NCBI GenBank assembly: GCA_902535365.1
Contig: CACATF010000001.1
Span: forward strand, 241 to 64,240
Length of the DNA: 64,000 bases
Direction: 5' to 3'
Source: an uncultured SAR86 cluster bacterium
GTDB lineage: Bacteria; Pseudomonadota; Gammaproteobacteria; Magnimaribacterales; TMED112
This document shows positions 50,537-60,213 of the stretch, piece by piece. The position numbers and the translations under genes are program-made. Under the pieces are notes generated by a model, which was not told the DNA's origin, did not search any database, and worked only from the letters and a program-made list of their open reading frames with translations. How positions within the stretch are numbered: the first letter of the stretch is position 1; every line of letters begins with the position of its first letter.

Positions 50537-52060
50537 ATGTCAAGAATACTTGATCTACCCAATGCAAAACTTATCGAATCAGCTGTAGCTAATGCTGAGG
50601 GTACACTCACAGATACAGGAGCGTTTCTTGCTCTAACTGGAAACAGAACAGGGCGAAGTCCTAAAGATAGATTTATTGTTAAAGAAAGTAGCACAGCCGA
50701 CAAAATAGATTGGGGAGAAGTAAATAGACCATTTGATTCAGATCATTTTGATGCTCTATGGAATAAGGTGAGTGATTACCTAGATAATAAAGATCATTAT
50801 ATATCAAACGTACATGTTGGAGCCAATAAAGATCACTACATCCCAGTGAAAGTTAAGACTGAAAAGGCTTGGCACTCTTTGTTTTCTAAACTAATTTTTA
50901 TTGTTCCTGATGCTTACAATGAAGAGAGCAAGGAAGAATGGCAGATATTATCTGCAGCTGATTATGTCTGTGATCCAGAGGTAGACCATACCAACTCCGA
51001 GTGCTGCGTAATAATTAATTTTCTTAGAAGGAAGGTTCTACTAGCAGGAATGAAATACGCTGGAGAAATGAAAAAATCAATGTTTTCAGTTCAAAATTTC
51101 TTGCTCCCAGAAAAAGACGTTTTGCCAATGCACTGTTCAGCCAACCAAACAGAGGACAACAGAACAACATTATTCTTTGGCCTTTCTGGAACAGGAAAAA
51201 CAACTTTGTCAGCAGATCCAAAGTGTTCGCTTATTGGTGATGATGAACATGGCTGGTCCGATGGATCAGTATTCAACTTTGAAGGTGGCTGCTATGCCAA
51301 ATGCATCAAACTTTCCAAAGAAAACGAGCCTTTAATATGGGATGCCATAAAATTTGGAAGCATTCTAGAAAATGTGGTTACTGATGAAACAGGCCATGCA
51401 GATTATGATGATGCCTCTCATAGTGAAAATAGCCGAGTTTGCTATCCACGCAACTTTATTGCCGGTGCAGTGCCTGCCAATGAAGGAGTCGAGCCGGATA
51501 ATATAATCTTCTTAACATGTGATTTATCTGGTGTTTTGCCACCAGTTAGTGTTTTAGATGAAAATGCGGCAGCTTATCATTTTCTGAGTGGGTACACAGC
51601 CAAAGTTGGTTCAACCGAAATTGGAAGCAGCAAATCAATGGATTTCACATTCTCTACATGTTTTGGGGCACCATTCTTTCCAAGGCCTGCTGGTGTTTAT
51701 GCTGACCTATTAATAAAAAGAGTGAGAAAAAATAACACTAAAGTTTATCTAGTTAATACTGGATGGTCTGGTGGTGGATATGGGGTTGGAAAACGATTTC
51801 CTATACCTGTTACACGTGCTGTGGTTAATGCGATTCAAGACAATAATATAGATCACTCAGATCTTGAATATCTCGAGAAGCTTAACTTATACGTGCCTAA
51901 ATCATTAGAAGGGGTTGACCCTTCCTATCTTAATCCAAGAGATAGTTGGGAATCTAAAGAAGATTATGATGAGGAATGTTCAAAACTTTGCGAAAGATTT
52001 AAGGAGAATTTTACAAAATTCGATGTAGATCATGACATTGTTGCAGCAGGTCCTAAATAA
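50537..52060 (+). CDS. pckA: phosphoenolpyruvate carboxykinase (ATP)
   Basis: [36 protein letters not shown]. Confidence 0.96.
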   Translation: MSRILDLPNAKLIESAVANAEGTLTDTGAFLALTGNRTGRSPKDRFIVKESSTADKIDWGEVNRPFDSDHFDALWNKVSDYLDNKDHYISNVHVGANKDHYIPVKVKTEKAWHSLFSKLIFIVPDAYNEESKEEWQILSAADYVCDPEVDHTNSECCVIINFLRRKVLLAGMKYAGEMKKSMFSVQNFLLPEKDVLPMHCSANQTEDNRTTLFFGLSGTGKTTLSADPKCSLIGDDEHGWSDGSVFNFEGGCYAKCIKLSKENEPLIWDAIKFGSILENVVTDETGHADYDDASHSENSRVCYPRNFIAGAVPANEGVEPDNIIFLTCDLSGVLPPVSVLDENAAAYHFLSGYTAKVGSTEIGSSKSMDFTFSTCFGAPFFPRPAGVYADLLIKRVRKNNTKVYLVNTGWSGGGYGVGKRFPIPVTRAVVNAIQDNNIDHSDLEYLEKLNLYVPKSLEGVDPSYLNPRDSWESKEDYDEECSKLCERFKENFTKFDVDHDIVAAGPK

Positions 52061-52066
52061 TTTCTA

Positions 52067-53548
52067 ATGGTTGCTATCAACCAAAAAAAGCTTAATCAAT
52101 TCTTGGCTTCTGACCGAGTATCTTTTAAAGGCGTTGAAAAAGAAAATCTTAGATCAGATAAGGATGGAAGGATTTCAAATAAAAGTTTTCCAGATGCTTT
52201 TGGCGTCCATAATTTTAATAGTTTTGTAACTTTAGACTACTCACAGCCCCATTTAGAGATTGTTACTCCAACTTTTCAGGACAATTCTGAGCTTTATGGT
52301 TTTCTGGGTGGGTTGCATGCATATGTTGAACAGAACCTTGAAGGTGATCTTTTGTGGAATTACTCCATGCCGCCAAAATTTAAAGGCAAGTTTATTAAAT
52401 TACCCCCATATGGCAAAAGCAACAAAACAAAATTAGCCCATCTCTATCGTTTGGGGCTTAGAAATAGATATGGAGACAAGATGCAAAGCACTGCGGGGAT
52501 CCATTTTAATATTTCATTCTCAGAGTCTGTTATAAAAGAACTTAATACAACTAAAACAGATTTATATTTAGGAATATGCAGAAATTTTTTGAGAGTGTTC
52601 CCTCTTGTTTTACGCCTGATAGGCTGCTCTCCGGTTGCGCATAGGTCATTTATTAAAGACAGAGAGCTCTCGATTGATCTCTTAAAAGAAGACGAGAATT
52701 ATCTTCCAAAGTCAACTTCTTTAAGAGTGAGTCGCCTTGGGTACTATTCTGAAGAGCAAGATGAAAAATTTATTACCTTTAACACCTTGAGTGAATATCT
52801 AAATTTAATTAAAGATTACATTAATATCCCAAATAAAAAGTTTAGTGAGATTTCCCTTGATTTGAAGAAGCAAGTTAATAACGGAACAATCCAAATGGAA
52901 AATGAGCTTTACAACCATATTAGGCCCAAAGGGTTATTCTCAACAAAGGCACGACAATACAACCAATTAAAAAATGATGGAATTGAGTATTTAGAAATTA
53001 GATCAATCGATCTAAATCCATTTACAGATATTGGTATTTCAAAATTAGATTTAGATTTTTTAGAACTATTAATAACATTTTGTGCCTTATCAGACTCTCC
53101 GCCTATAGATGATGAAGAAGCCATTGTTGTTAAAGAGAATATAAGAAGAGCTTCTGAGGCTGGACAAGACTGCTCGCTAATAAATTCCTCTCTTGAAGAT
53201 TCTGGGGAATCAAGTATTCAAGATTTAACCTTACAAATGCTTGAAAATATGAAGGATTTAGCTGAGAGCTTAGGCTGGGATGCAAGTAGCCTTGATTTAT
53301 TTGATATTTATCTTCAAAGAAATGAAACACCACTATCAACACAACTTATTGAGGAGTTAGGCAATAAAAGTCTTCTAGAATTTATTATTAAACAATCACA
53401 ACATACAAACAAAAAAATAGATCCTGGGCTTAAATCAAAGTTTGATCTGGAGAGCAATGAGTCACATAAAAAATACCTTATAAACCAAAAGGAAGATAAT
53501 ATAGACTTTGAGTCATTTTTAGAGGGATTTAGAGGAGAAATTAAATGA
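52067..53548 (+). CDS. gshA: glutamate-cysteine ligase
   Basis: Alignable to E. coli GshA: GVEKENLR, LEIVTP, LYRLGLRNRYGDKMQSTAGIHFNISF, YLEIRSIDLNPF. Confidence 0.9.
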   Translation: MVAINQKKLNQFLASDRVSFKGVEKENLRSDKDGRISNKSFPDAFGVHNFNSFVTLDYSQPHLEIVTPTFQDNSELYGFLGGLHAYVEQNLEGDLLWNYSMPPKFKGKFIKLPPYGKSNKTKLAHLYRLGLRNRYGDKMQSTAGIHFNISFSESVIKELNTTKTDLYLGICRNFLRVFPLVLRLIGCSPVAHRSFIKDRELSIDLLKEDENYLPKSTSLRVSRLGYYSEEQDEKFITFNTLSEYLNLIKDYINIPNKKFSEISLDLKKQVNNGTIQMENELYNHIRPKGLFSTKARQYNQLKNDGIEYLEIRSIDLNPFTDIGISKLDLDFLELLITFCALSDSPPIDDEEAIVVKENIRRASEAGQDCSLINSSLEDSGESSIQDLTLQMLENMKDLAESLGWDASSLDLFDIYLQRNETPLSTQLIEELGNKSLLEFIIKQSQHTNKKIDPGLKSKFDLESNESHKKYLINQKEDNIDFESFLEGFRGEIK

Positions 53549-54546
53549 AAACGTTACATTGTAAAGAGTTTGGCCCGGTAGAAAACCTAGTCTGGGAAGA
53601 GGTAGAGTCTCCAGAACCAGGAGAGCATGAAGTTGTAGTATCTATAAAAGCTGCTGCTCTTAACTTTCCTGACTTTTTAATTGTGCAAGGGCTATATCAA
53701 TTCAAACCGGAACTTCCATTTGCACCGGGAAATGAGGGCTCAGGGATAATTAAAAAAGTTGGTAAAAGCGTAACAAGATTTAAAGAAGGTGACAGAGTGT
53801 ATTTTATGGCACCTTGGGGAGCATTTGCTGAAGAAGCATGCATGCATGAATTTGGAGTAATGCCAATACCTGATGATATTTCATTTGAGCTTGCTGCTTC
53901 ATACCAAATGGCATATGGAACAAGCTACCATGCTCTAGTGCAAAGAGGAGAAATATCAAATAAAGATGAGATCCTTGTTTTAGGCGCTTCTGGTGGTGTA
54001 GGTCTAGCTGCTTTAGATATAGCTAAAGCAAAAGGTGCGCGAGTTGTGGCCGCAGTATCAACAAAAGAAAAGGCTGAAATATGCAAAGAGTACGGTGCAG
54101 ATGAATTGATTATTTATGGCGAGGGCCCGAAGACCAAAGATGAGTCAAAAGCTTTTTCAAATGAGCTAAAATCAAAAAGTCTTAAAGGTGGTTACGATAT
54201 TATTTATGACCCAATTGGTGACTGCTACACGGAACCAGCATTTAGAGCAATAGGCTGGAAAGGCAAATATCTCGTTGTTGGCTTTGCTGCTGGGGAAATT
54301 CCTAAACTTCCAATAAATCTTACGCTTTTAAAAGGAGCGTCACTCGTAGGAGTTTTTTGGGGAACATTTACAGGGCTTGAAAGTGAGGCTAATCAGAAAA
54401 ATATTGCTGAAATTAACCAACTACTTTCTGAGGGCAAGATTAAACCATTGATTTCAAAAGAAGTGCCAATGGAAAATGCCGTTGAAGCCATCAAAATGAT
54501 TGGCAACAGAGGTGTAATAGGAAAAGTTGTCTTAGTAAATAAATAA
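53545..54546 (+). CDS. NADPH:quinone oxidoreductase family (MDR/zinc-ADH-like)
   Basis: AAALNFPDFLIVQGLY, PGNEGSGII, VLGASGGVGLAA. Confidence 0.85.
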   Translation: MKTLHCKEFGPVENLVWEEVESPEPGEHEVVVSIKAAALNFPDFLIVQGLYQFKPELPFAPGNEGSGIIKKVGKSVTRFKEGDRVYFMAPWGAFAEEACMHEFGVMPIPDDISFELAASYQMAYGTSYHALVQRGEISNKDEILVLGASGGVGLAALDIAKAKGARVVAAVSTKEKAEICKEYGADELIIYGEGPKTKDESKAFSNELKSKSLKGGYDIIYDPIGDCYTEPAFRAIGWKGKYLVVGFAAGEIPKLPINLTLLKGASLVGVFWGTFTGLESEANQKNIAEINQLLSEGKIKPLISKEVPMENAVEAIKMIGNRGVIGKVVLVNK

Positions 54547-54575
54547 AAAAGGGCCCTACTAAAGGGCCCTTTTTA
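54544..54575. terminator. bidirectional rho-independent terminator
   Basis: AAAAAAGGGCCCT-ACTAA-AGGGCCCTTTTT: an 8-bp GC-rich stem flanked by A- and T-runs, between convergent genes. Confidence 0.8.
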
Positions 54576-54589
54576 AAAATGTAGTATTA

Positions 54590-55303
54590 TTACCAACCCT
54601 TAACTGGTGTAACCATCATTACATTCTGAACTTTTCTATAACCTCCAACTTCTGCAGCAAATTCTGCAAAAGCTTCACTAGCAAAAGCTCCTTGTGTCTC
54701 AGAGGTTAATTCAGACATTGATGATGCGCCTACAAAAGCAAAATGTGATGCATACCCATTCCCTGTAATATGAGTAACTAGCCCTTGTGAGCCAGGACCT
54801 CCAACTGCATTAGTCATTTTTGACCATGCTGCTGCATATTCTCCAGCCTTTGCAGGCTCGACATTTAAGTCATATTTAAAAAACACTGCATCTTTGGTCC
54901 AGTCGCCTCTCTGTAAAGATAGTTCTCCAATTCTATTAAAGTACATATCATCATGAGTATTTGCGCCTATTTCTTGTAAAAATTCAAAATTTGCAGCGCA
55001 ATTAGACAGCTTTTGTCCAAGATCCATCTTTTCATAATCACTATATCCAACATAGAAAAAATGGGACATTCCAGAACCTTGCAGTTGCATTAGAACAACG
55101 TTCGCACCTGTTTCTGATTTCCATTTCTTTCCACATTCTGAAGCCATAAACTTATCTGTAGCAGCTACTACATTTAATGGATTTGTGGCTTTAATATAAT
55201 GAAACTCTCCAACTTCGTTTCCTGGCATAACCTTGTGATCATCTGCAGAAATAGTTGAAGCACAAAATGTAAGAGTAAAAATAAAGATAAATATATTTTT
55301 CAT
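54590..55303 (-). CDS. hypothetical secreted protein, internal tandem duplication of a ~100-aa alpha+beta module
   Basis: Signal peptide MKNIFIFIFTLTFCASTISA. The two halves share the pattern F.Y...helix...G.G.SHF..VG.S...F.EF. I recognise no family. Confidence 0.75.
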   Translation of the reverse strand: MKNIFIFIFTLTFCASTISADDHKVMPGNEVGEFHYIKATNPLNVVAATDKFMASECGKKWKSETGANVVLMQLQGSGMSHFFYVGYSDYEKMDLGQKLSNCAANFEFLQEIGANTHDDMYFNRIGELSLQRGDWTKDAVFFKYDLNVEPAKAGEYAAAWSKMTNAVGGPGSQGLVTHITGNGYASHFAFVGASSMSELTSETQGAFASEAFAEFAAEVGGYRKVQNVMMVTPVKGW

Positions 55304-55367
55304 AAAGTCTCCTCTATTTTTATCCTATCAATAAAAGAAGTGTTCGGGTGTTACAGATATGCAACAA

Positions 55368-55991
55368 TTAAATTTTTCTAAGCAAAGATTTGATAACTAA
55401 TGCCATGTTTGAGCTTTCAAAAGGCCCTCTAAAGATTCCAATTACTTCAGCATCTTGATTTACCACTATTAAATGATTTGTGTGTGAAATAATTCTTTGA
55501 TTCATGTGGTTCTCCATTGGGGCTAACCTTTCCACACCTAACTGATATCCAAGCTTTATCACCTCAGGCTGATCTCCTGTAATACCAATAAATTCTGGGT
55601 TAAATCCAGTTACGTAAGCTTTTAATCTTTCTTTTGTATCAATTTCAGGGTCAAAGCTTATTAGGTAATATTGAACTTGATCAACTTCGATTTTGTCATA
55701 TATCTGCCTCATCACAGACATCATCACTGGGCACTCTGTAGGACAACTTGTATAGCCAAAATATAAAAAATTCAATTTGTTTTGTTTTAAGTTCTCGTTA
55801 GTAAATTCATTACCGTTATGGTCAGTGAGCTTAAAATCTCTTAACTCTTCATATTCTCCATATTCAACAAAACCATTTACCAACATTTCTGATTCAGAAA
55901 GAATACGCGGCTGACTGACTCTATACATGGAGTAAAAACCAAGAAAGATAGTTATTGCGAAAAGAAGAATTGTAAGGCTTGTTTTAGACAT
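55368..55991 (-). CDS. SCO1/SenC copper chaperone
   Basis: N-terminal TM anchor, thioredoxin fold, YFGYTSCPTECP (CxxxC), conserved His (ISHTNHL). Confidence 0.9.
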   Translation of the reverse strand: MSKTSLTILLFAITIFLGFYSMYRVSQPRILSESEMLVNGFVEYGEYEELRDFKLTDHNGNEFTNENLKQNKLNFLYFGYTSCPTECPVMMSVMRQIYDKIEVDQVQYYLISFDPEIDTKERLKAYVTGFNPEFIGITGDQPEVIKLGYQLGVERLAPMENHMNQRIISHTNHLIVVNQDAEVIGIFRGPFESSNMALVIKSLLRKI

Positions 55992-56859
55992 AAATTTGTA
56001 TCAAAAAGTCTATGTACGTCGCAAGAAAAAACAAAAGCATATATTTAACAGAGAAGTTAAATATTTTCATAGAAAGTTGGTTATCTTTGTCGTTTAAGTA
56101 AATAAGGCACAAATAAATAAAATATAAATTTAGAGCTGTTGTTGTGGCGAGATAAAAGATTCCGGCTAAACCATAAAAATAAGGAGCTAAGGACGCAGCT
56201 AAAAGCAGCACAGCATATACAACCATCTCCTTTTTTGTTCTTGTTACCCCTTTTGCAATTGGCATCATTGGCACTCCCTCTTTTTTATACTCCTCCATCC
56301 TGTCAATTGCCAGTGGCCAAAAATGTGGTGGTGTCCATAAAAAGATTATCAAAACAAGAATTAGTGGCATAAGAGAAATTTCATTGCTCACTGCTGTCCA
56401 GCCAATTAGTGGTGGAAGCGCTCCAGATAAGCCGCCGATGACTATGTTTTGAGGAGTAGCCCATTTCAAATAAATGGTATAAATCAAACTATAAAAAATG
56501 AACCCAAATGTGGTAATCATTAGAGTTAGTAGATTAGAGAAATATAGCATTAGGCTAGATCCAACAAATAATAAAATGGCTGTAAATGTTAAAGCTTCTG
56601 TTAGGGATATGTTGCCTGCTGCCAATGGTCGTGATTTTGTTCTGGACATATTTTTGTCCGTTTCTCTGTCAAAGATTTGATTAAGCGCAGCTGAAGCAGC
56701 AGCCAGCAGAGCAAAACCCACCAAACTAGCCAATCCATTGAATACGTTAGTTAAATCGGTATAGAAATTTACTGACAAGAGCATACCAATAAGTGCTGTT
56801 ACTGTTAACAGTGCAACAATTTTTGGTTTACATAAATTTATGTAGCTACTTAGGTTCAT
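55984..56859 (-). CDS. cyoE: protoheme IX farnesyltransferase (heme O synthase)
   Basis: UbiA-family polytopic protein with NQIFDRETDKNMSRTKSRPLA, in the cox biogenesis cluster. Confidence 0.93.
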   Translation of the reverse strand: MNLSSYINLCKPKIVALLTVTALIGMLLSVNFYTDLTNVFNGLASLVGFALLAAASAALNQIFDRETDKNMSRTKSRPLAAGNISLTEALTFTAILLFVGSSLMLYFSNLLTLMITTFGFIFYSLIYTIYLKWATPQNIVIGGLSGALPPLIGWTAVSNEISLMPLILVLIIFLWTPPHFWPLAIDRMEEYKKEGVPMMPIAKGVTRTKKEMVVYAVLLLAASLAPYFYGLAGIFYLATTTALNLYFIYLCLIYLNDKDNQLSMKIFNFSVKYMLLFFLATYIDFLIQIYV

Positions 56860-57829
56860 TTAAATTGCCCTTGCTTAGATAGATCATAACAATAAAGGTT
56901 AAAAACAGCATTACACCAACTATGTTATGAGCAACTGCATTCCAGAGGGGCAGTGAGCTTAATATATTATTAACTCCCAAGAATATCTGTACTGCCAAGA
57001 TGCTTAAAAAGACAATTACTATATTTTTTGTTTGGGGGGACCATAGCTTAAAGGCCAAAAATAATGAATATAAAAAAACCACTATAGCGCCAACCCTGTG
57101 AGTAATATGTATAGCAACTCTTGCCTCATTGCTAAGCTGACCATACAGGTAATTTGGACCAATAGTTTGGAACAAATTAAAACCTTCTGAAAAATTAGTG
57201 TTTGGCAATAGCTGGCCCTGGCAAAGCGGAAGATCTAAACAGGCTCGCGCAGCATAATTAGTAGATGTCCATGCGCCTAGGAATATTTGAAAAGCAATTA
57301 AACCGAACCCAATAAAGATTAAATTCCTGTTAGCAACCAAAGCGCCATAGTTCGCATTATATTTTAGAGATCTAAGATAAATAATTAGAAATATTGAAGC
57401 CACTATCATCGCACCAAACAGATGGGTTGTGACAATTAAAGGGTGTAATTTTAAGCTTACTGTGAGGTAACCAAAGATTCCTTGGCAGATTATTGCAAGC
57501 AATAGCAATGATGATGTTTTTTTAAATTTGTTTTCCCTAAAAGCTATAAATACAAGAAATATAGCTAGCAACCCAAGCGAAGCAGCAAAATATCTATGGA
57601 CAACTTCTGGGATTATTTTGTCAATCTCAACAGGAGAATCAGGATATAGCTGTTCTGCTATAGCAATTTCCTCTACTGTTGTTGGATAAGTAATAAATCC
57701 ATAACAGCCTGGCCAGTCTGGACACCCAAGCCCAGCATCAGCAAGCCTTGTCCATGCTCCTAAGCCTATAACAACAAAGCAAAAGGCAACGCCTATGGCT
57801 GCAATAAATTTTGTATTAAGTATTTTCAT
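56846..57829 (-). CDS. ctaA: heme A synthase (COX15/CtaA)
   Basis: GAWTRLADAGLGCPDWPGCYG, conserved His in TM helices (VHRYFA, THRVGA). Confidence 0.88.
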   Translation of the reverse strand: MKILNTKFIAAIGVAFCFVVIGLGAWTRLADAGLGCPDWPGCYGFITYPTTVEEIAIAEQLYPDSPVEIDKIIPEVVHRYFAASLGLLAIFLVFIAFRENKFKKTSSLLLLAIICQGIFGYLTVSLKLHPLIVTTHLFGAMIVASIFLIIYLRSLKYNANYGALVANRNLIFIGFGLIAFQIFLGAWTSTNYAARACLDLPLCQGQLLPNTNFSEGFNLFQTIGPNYLYGQLSNEARVAIHITHRVGAIVVFLYSLFLAFKLWSPQTKNIVIVFLSILAVQIFLGVNNILSSLPLWNAVAHNIVGVMLFLTFIVMIYLSKGNLNEPK

Positions 57830-58386
57830 AAAAGTTTCTTCACATCCTCAAAAATTTCACTGAATGTTAATGTGTCATAGAACTCACCAACAACATCAGA
57901 GTAAAAATTTAAAATAAAAAAAGATTTGGATTGATAGGGATTATCTCGTTGAGTTTCAATCCTTCCCTCAAAAAGAAATTCTCCATCATAAACAAAAACA
58001 ATGTCAGGATAATCCGCTCTTACATCCTTAATAGATTCAAATTTTTCTTTGTCTCGATAAACAACCACCCTCTTCAGCCTATTCATCTCTCTACCAAGAG
58101 TTATGTTAATTGCTCTTGCTGTCTGATATTTCTCTGAACTTAGCTCAAGATCGTTAAAGTCATCAAAGTAAACCAAGTACCACTTGCCTTTTATAAACTC
58201 AAAGCTTGTTCCATCTTCTAAAGAAAGCTCTGTTCCCTCTGTTTCGATGTGAGGGTTTAAAAATGAGCCGTTCTCTGTTGTATTTGTTGTCGAAAATATA
58301 CCTGAATAGAAAAGTGCTGTTGATAAACTTAAAACAATAAGTGGGGTCAGCAATATTATTAAAGCTATGTATCTTTGATTATTCAT
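57826..58386 (-). CDS. membrane-anchored hypothetical protein of the cox cluster (SCO-like fold without Cys)
   Basis: The ATG at 58386 overlaps the SURF1 stop by 8 nt. One TM segment, then GKWYLVYFDD where SCO proteins carry CxxxC. It occupies the same slot as the hypothetical gene between SURF1 and COX15 in Pseudomonas-type aa3 clusters (from memory). Confidence 0.7.
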   Translation of the reverse strand: MNNQRYIALIILLTPLIVLSLSTALFYSGIFSTTNTTENGSFLNPHIETEGTELSLEDGTSFEFIKGKWYLVYFDDFNDLELSSEKYQTARAINITLGREMNRLKRVVVYRDKEKFESIKDVRADYPDIVFVYDGEFLFEGRIETQRDNPYQSKSFFILNFYSDVVGEFYDTLTFSEIFEDVKKLL

Positions 58387-59068
58387 CTTTTCTCCTGAAG
58401 GCAATTATGGTCAATACTATCAAGGCCAAACAAAGCCCAAACCACTGAATTGCATATCCAATATGTTTGTCTGACGACATATTTATGGGCTTCTCAATTT
58501 CCTTAAATTTAAACTGATCGTTCTTATCAAGATTAAAGATATAAGGTCTTATATTGTCCGCCCTCAACTCTGGGTATACTTTAGATATAAGGCCAATATT
58601 AAATTCCTGTATGATTCTTTTATCAGATTCCTCTATATTTTTCACAAATGCATTGGAGTTTTTATATAAAGCACTCCCTTTTATAAAAAATTGGCCACTT
58701 GGCGTTGTAATTTCTGGCACTTCATTCTTTAAACGGCCTCTTGCAATAAATCCACGATTCACAAATACGCCCGAATTTTCTTCAAACCTGAAGTACTGAT
58801 ACACCTTATATCCTGCTTGGCCATCAAGTAAGGCATTGTCTTCAAGAATTATGTATTGAGTAAATGTCCCATACGAGCTTATTGGTTCCCAGTTTGCAAA
58901 TTTATCTTCAGTATTAATTGGCTTATGAGGATTATTCTGAAGTTCGTTAAACTTTTCAATTATGTTGTCTTTTTCAGCTGCACGCTCTATTTGCCATAGG
59001 CCAAGCGAAAAAGTAATTGGTGCAAATATAATTGCAAAAATTAATATCTTTGATTTATAGCTATTCAA
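58379..59068 (-). CDS. SURF1 family cytochrome oxidase assembly protein
   Basis: N-terminal TM with LGLWQIERA, C-terminal HIGYAIQWFGLCLAL. TTG start. Confidence 0.88.
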   Translation of the reverse strand: MNSYKSKILIFAIIFAPITFSLGLWQIERAAEKDNIIEKFNELQNNPHKPINTEDKFANWEPISSYGTFTQYIILEDNALLDGQAGYKVYQYFRFEENSGVFVNRGFIARGRLKNEVPEITTPSGQFFIKGSALYKNSNAFVKNIEESDKRIIQEFNIGLISKVYPELRADNIRPYIFNLDKNDQFKFKEIEKPINMSSDKHIGYAIQWFGLCLALIVLTIIAFRRKDE

Positions 59069-59083
59069 TGTTTTAATAATCCG

Positions 59084-59296
59084 GTGTTAAAAACAATTAT
59101 CATCATTTTACTTGTTCTAGTTTTAATTAGCCTTGCATCAAGTCTTGTCTTTCTATTTGTTGATAGAGGCAATCCTGAAAAAAAACGCATACTTTATGGT
59201 CTTGGTTTTAGGGTTACGCTTGGGGCAATAATTATAATTCTTATATTTTATGGTGTTTATTCTGGGCAACTTGGCAACCAAGCGCCGTGGGGTTAA
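59084..59296 (+). CDS. two-TM small protein, DUF2909-like
   Basis: GTG start. MLKTIIIILLVLVLISLASSLVFLFVDRG...LGFRVTLGAIIIILIFYG. It occupies the slot between coxC and SURF1 but on the opposite strand. Confidence 0.6.
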   Translation: MLKTIIIILLVLVLISLASSLVFLFVDRGNPEKKRILYGLGFRVTLGAIIIILIFYGVYSGQLGNQAPWG

Positions 59297-60213
59297 AGAA
59301 TATAAACAAATAAGAATAAACAGACCCAAACCACATCAACAAAATGCCAATACCACGAAGCTGCTTCAAAACCGAAGTGCTCTTTATCTGAAAAATGGTT
59401 GTAGCCTGTTGATCGAACAAGTTGGGTTAACAAGAAAATTCCACCAATTAAAACGTGCATGCCATGGAAGCCTGTAAGCATGAAGAAGGTTGTTCCATAA
59501 ACACCAGATGAAAGTGTTAGACCAAGGTGTGCATAAGCTTCATAGTATTCAACAGCCTGAAGAATGACAAAAATAAAAGCCAGCAAAACTGTAATGCCTA
59601 GCCAGAAATTAAATCTTTTCCTGTTGTTTTCTTTAAGTGCCATATGAGCGACGTGAACTGTTGCGCTTGAGCTCAAAAGAACCACTGTGTTCCATAGTGG
59701 AAGCCATGTAAGAGCTCCACTTAAACTGTGTAAATACATATTTTCTTTAGGCCCAACTGTTGTCGCTTGATCACCAAGCAAACTTTGTTCTGGTGTTATC
59801 ATCGGAGGCCATACTGCCTCAAATTCTGGCCATAAAAGATCGCCGGCAATTCCCTTTGCACCTTCACCGCCCAGCCATGTTATCGAAAATGATCTGATAT
59901 AAAACAATGCACCAAAGAAGGCAAAGAAAAACATTACTTCTGAAAAGATAAACCAGCCCATGCCGTAAACATAGGAAGTATTCAGCTGTGGCGTATCTAA
60001 TCCAGCCATTGATTCCCTTGTTACCGTTGCAAACCAATAAGCCATTGTAAAAACAACTGCTACCATGCCAGCAATAAGCATTGTTGATCCGTTACCAGTT
60101 ATAGCATTTGCTGCACCCATGCCTGCAAAAAATGTTGCAATAGCAAAAACTATAGGGATTGAGCTTTTCTCAGGTACATAATATTTTTGATGTCCTACTG
60201 TTTCACTACTCAT
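59293..60213 (-). CDS. coxC: cytochrome c oxidase subunit III
   Basis: Seven TM segments. TGFHGMHVLIGG, AASWYWHFVDVVW. Confidence 0.95.
   Translation of the reverse strand: MSSETVGHQKYYVPEKSSIPIVFAIATFFAGMGAANAITGNGSTMLIAGMVAVVFTMAYWFATVTRESMAGLDTPQLNTSYVYGMGWFIFSEVMFFFAFFGALFYIRSFSITWLGGEGAKGIAGDLLWPEFEAVWPPMITPEQSLLGDQATTVGPKENMYLHSLSGALTWLPLWNTVVLLSSSATVHVAHMALKENNRKRFNFWLGITVLLAFIFVILQAVEYYEAYAHLGLTLSSGVYGTTFFMLTGFHGMHVLIGGIFLLTQLVRSTGYNHFSDKEHFGFEAASWYWHFVDVVWVCLFLFVYIL

Noticed and set aside
50389-50703. 104-codon minus-strand ORF spanning the dsbB-pckA junction.
   Set aside because: It overlaps two well-supported plus-strand genes and has no motifs. The 6-bp dsbB-pckA spacer leaves no independent locus.
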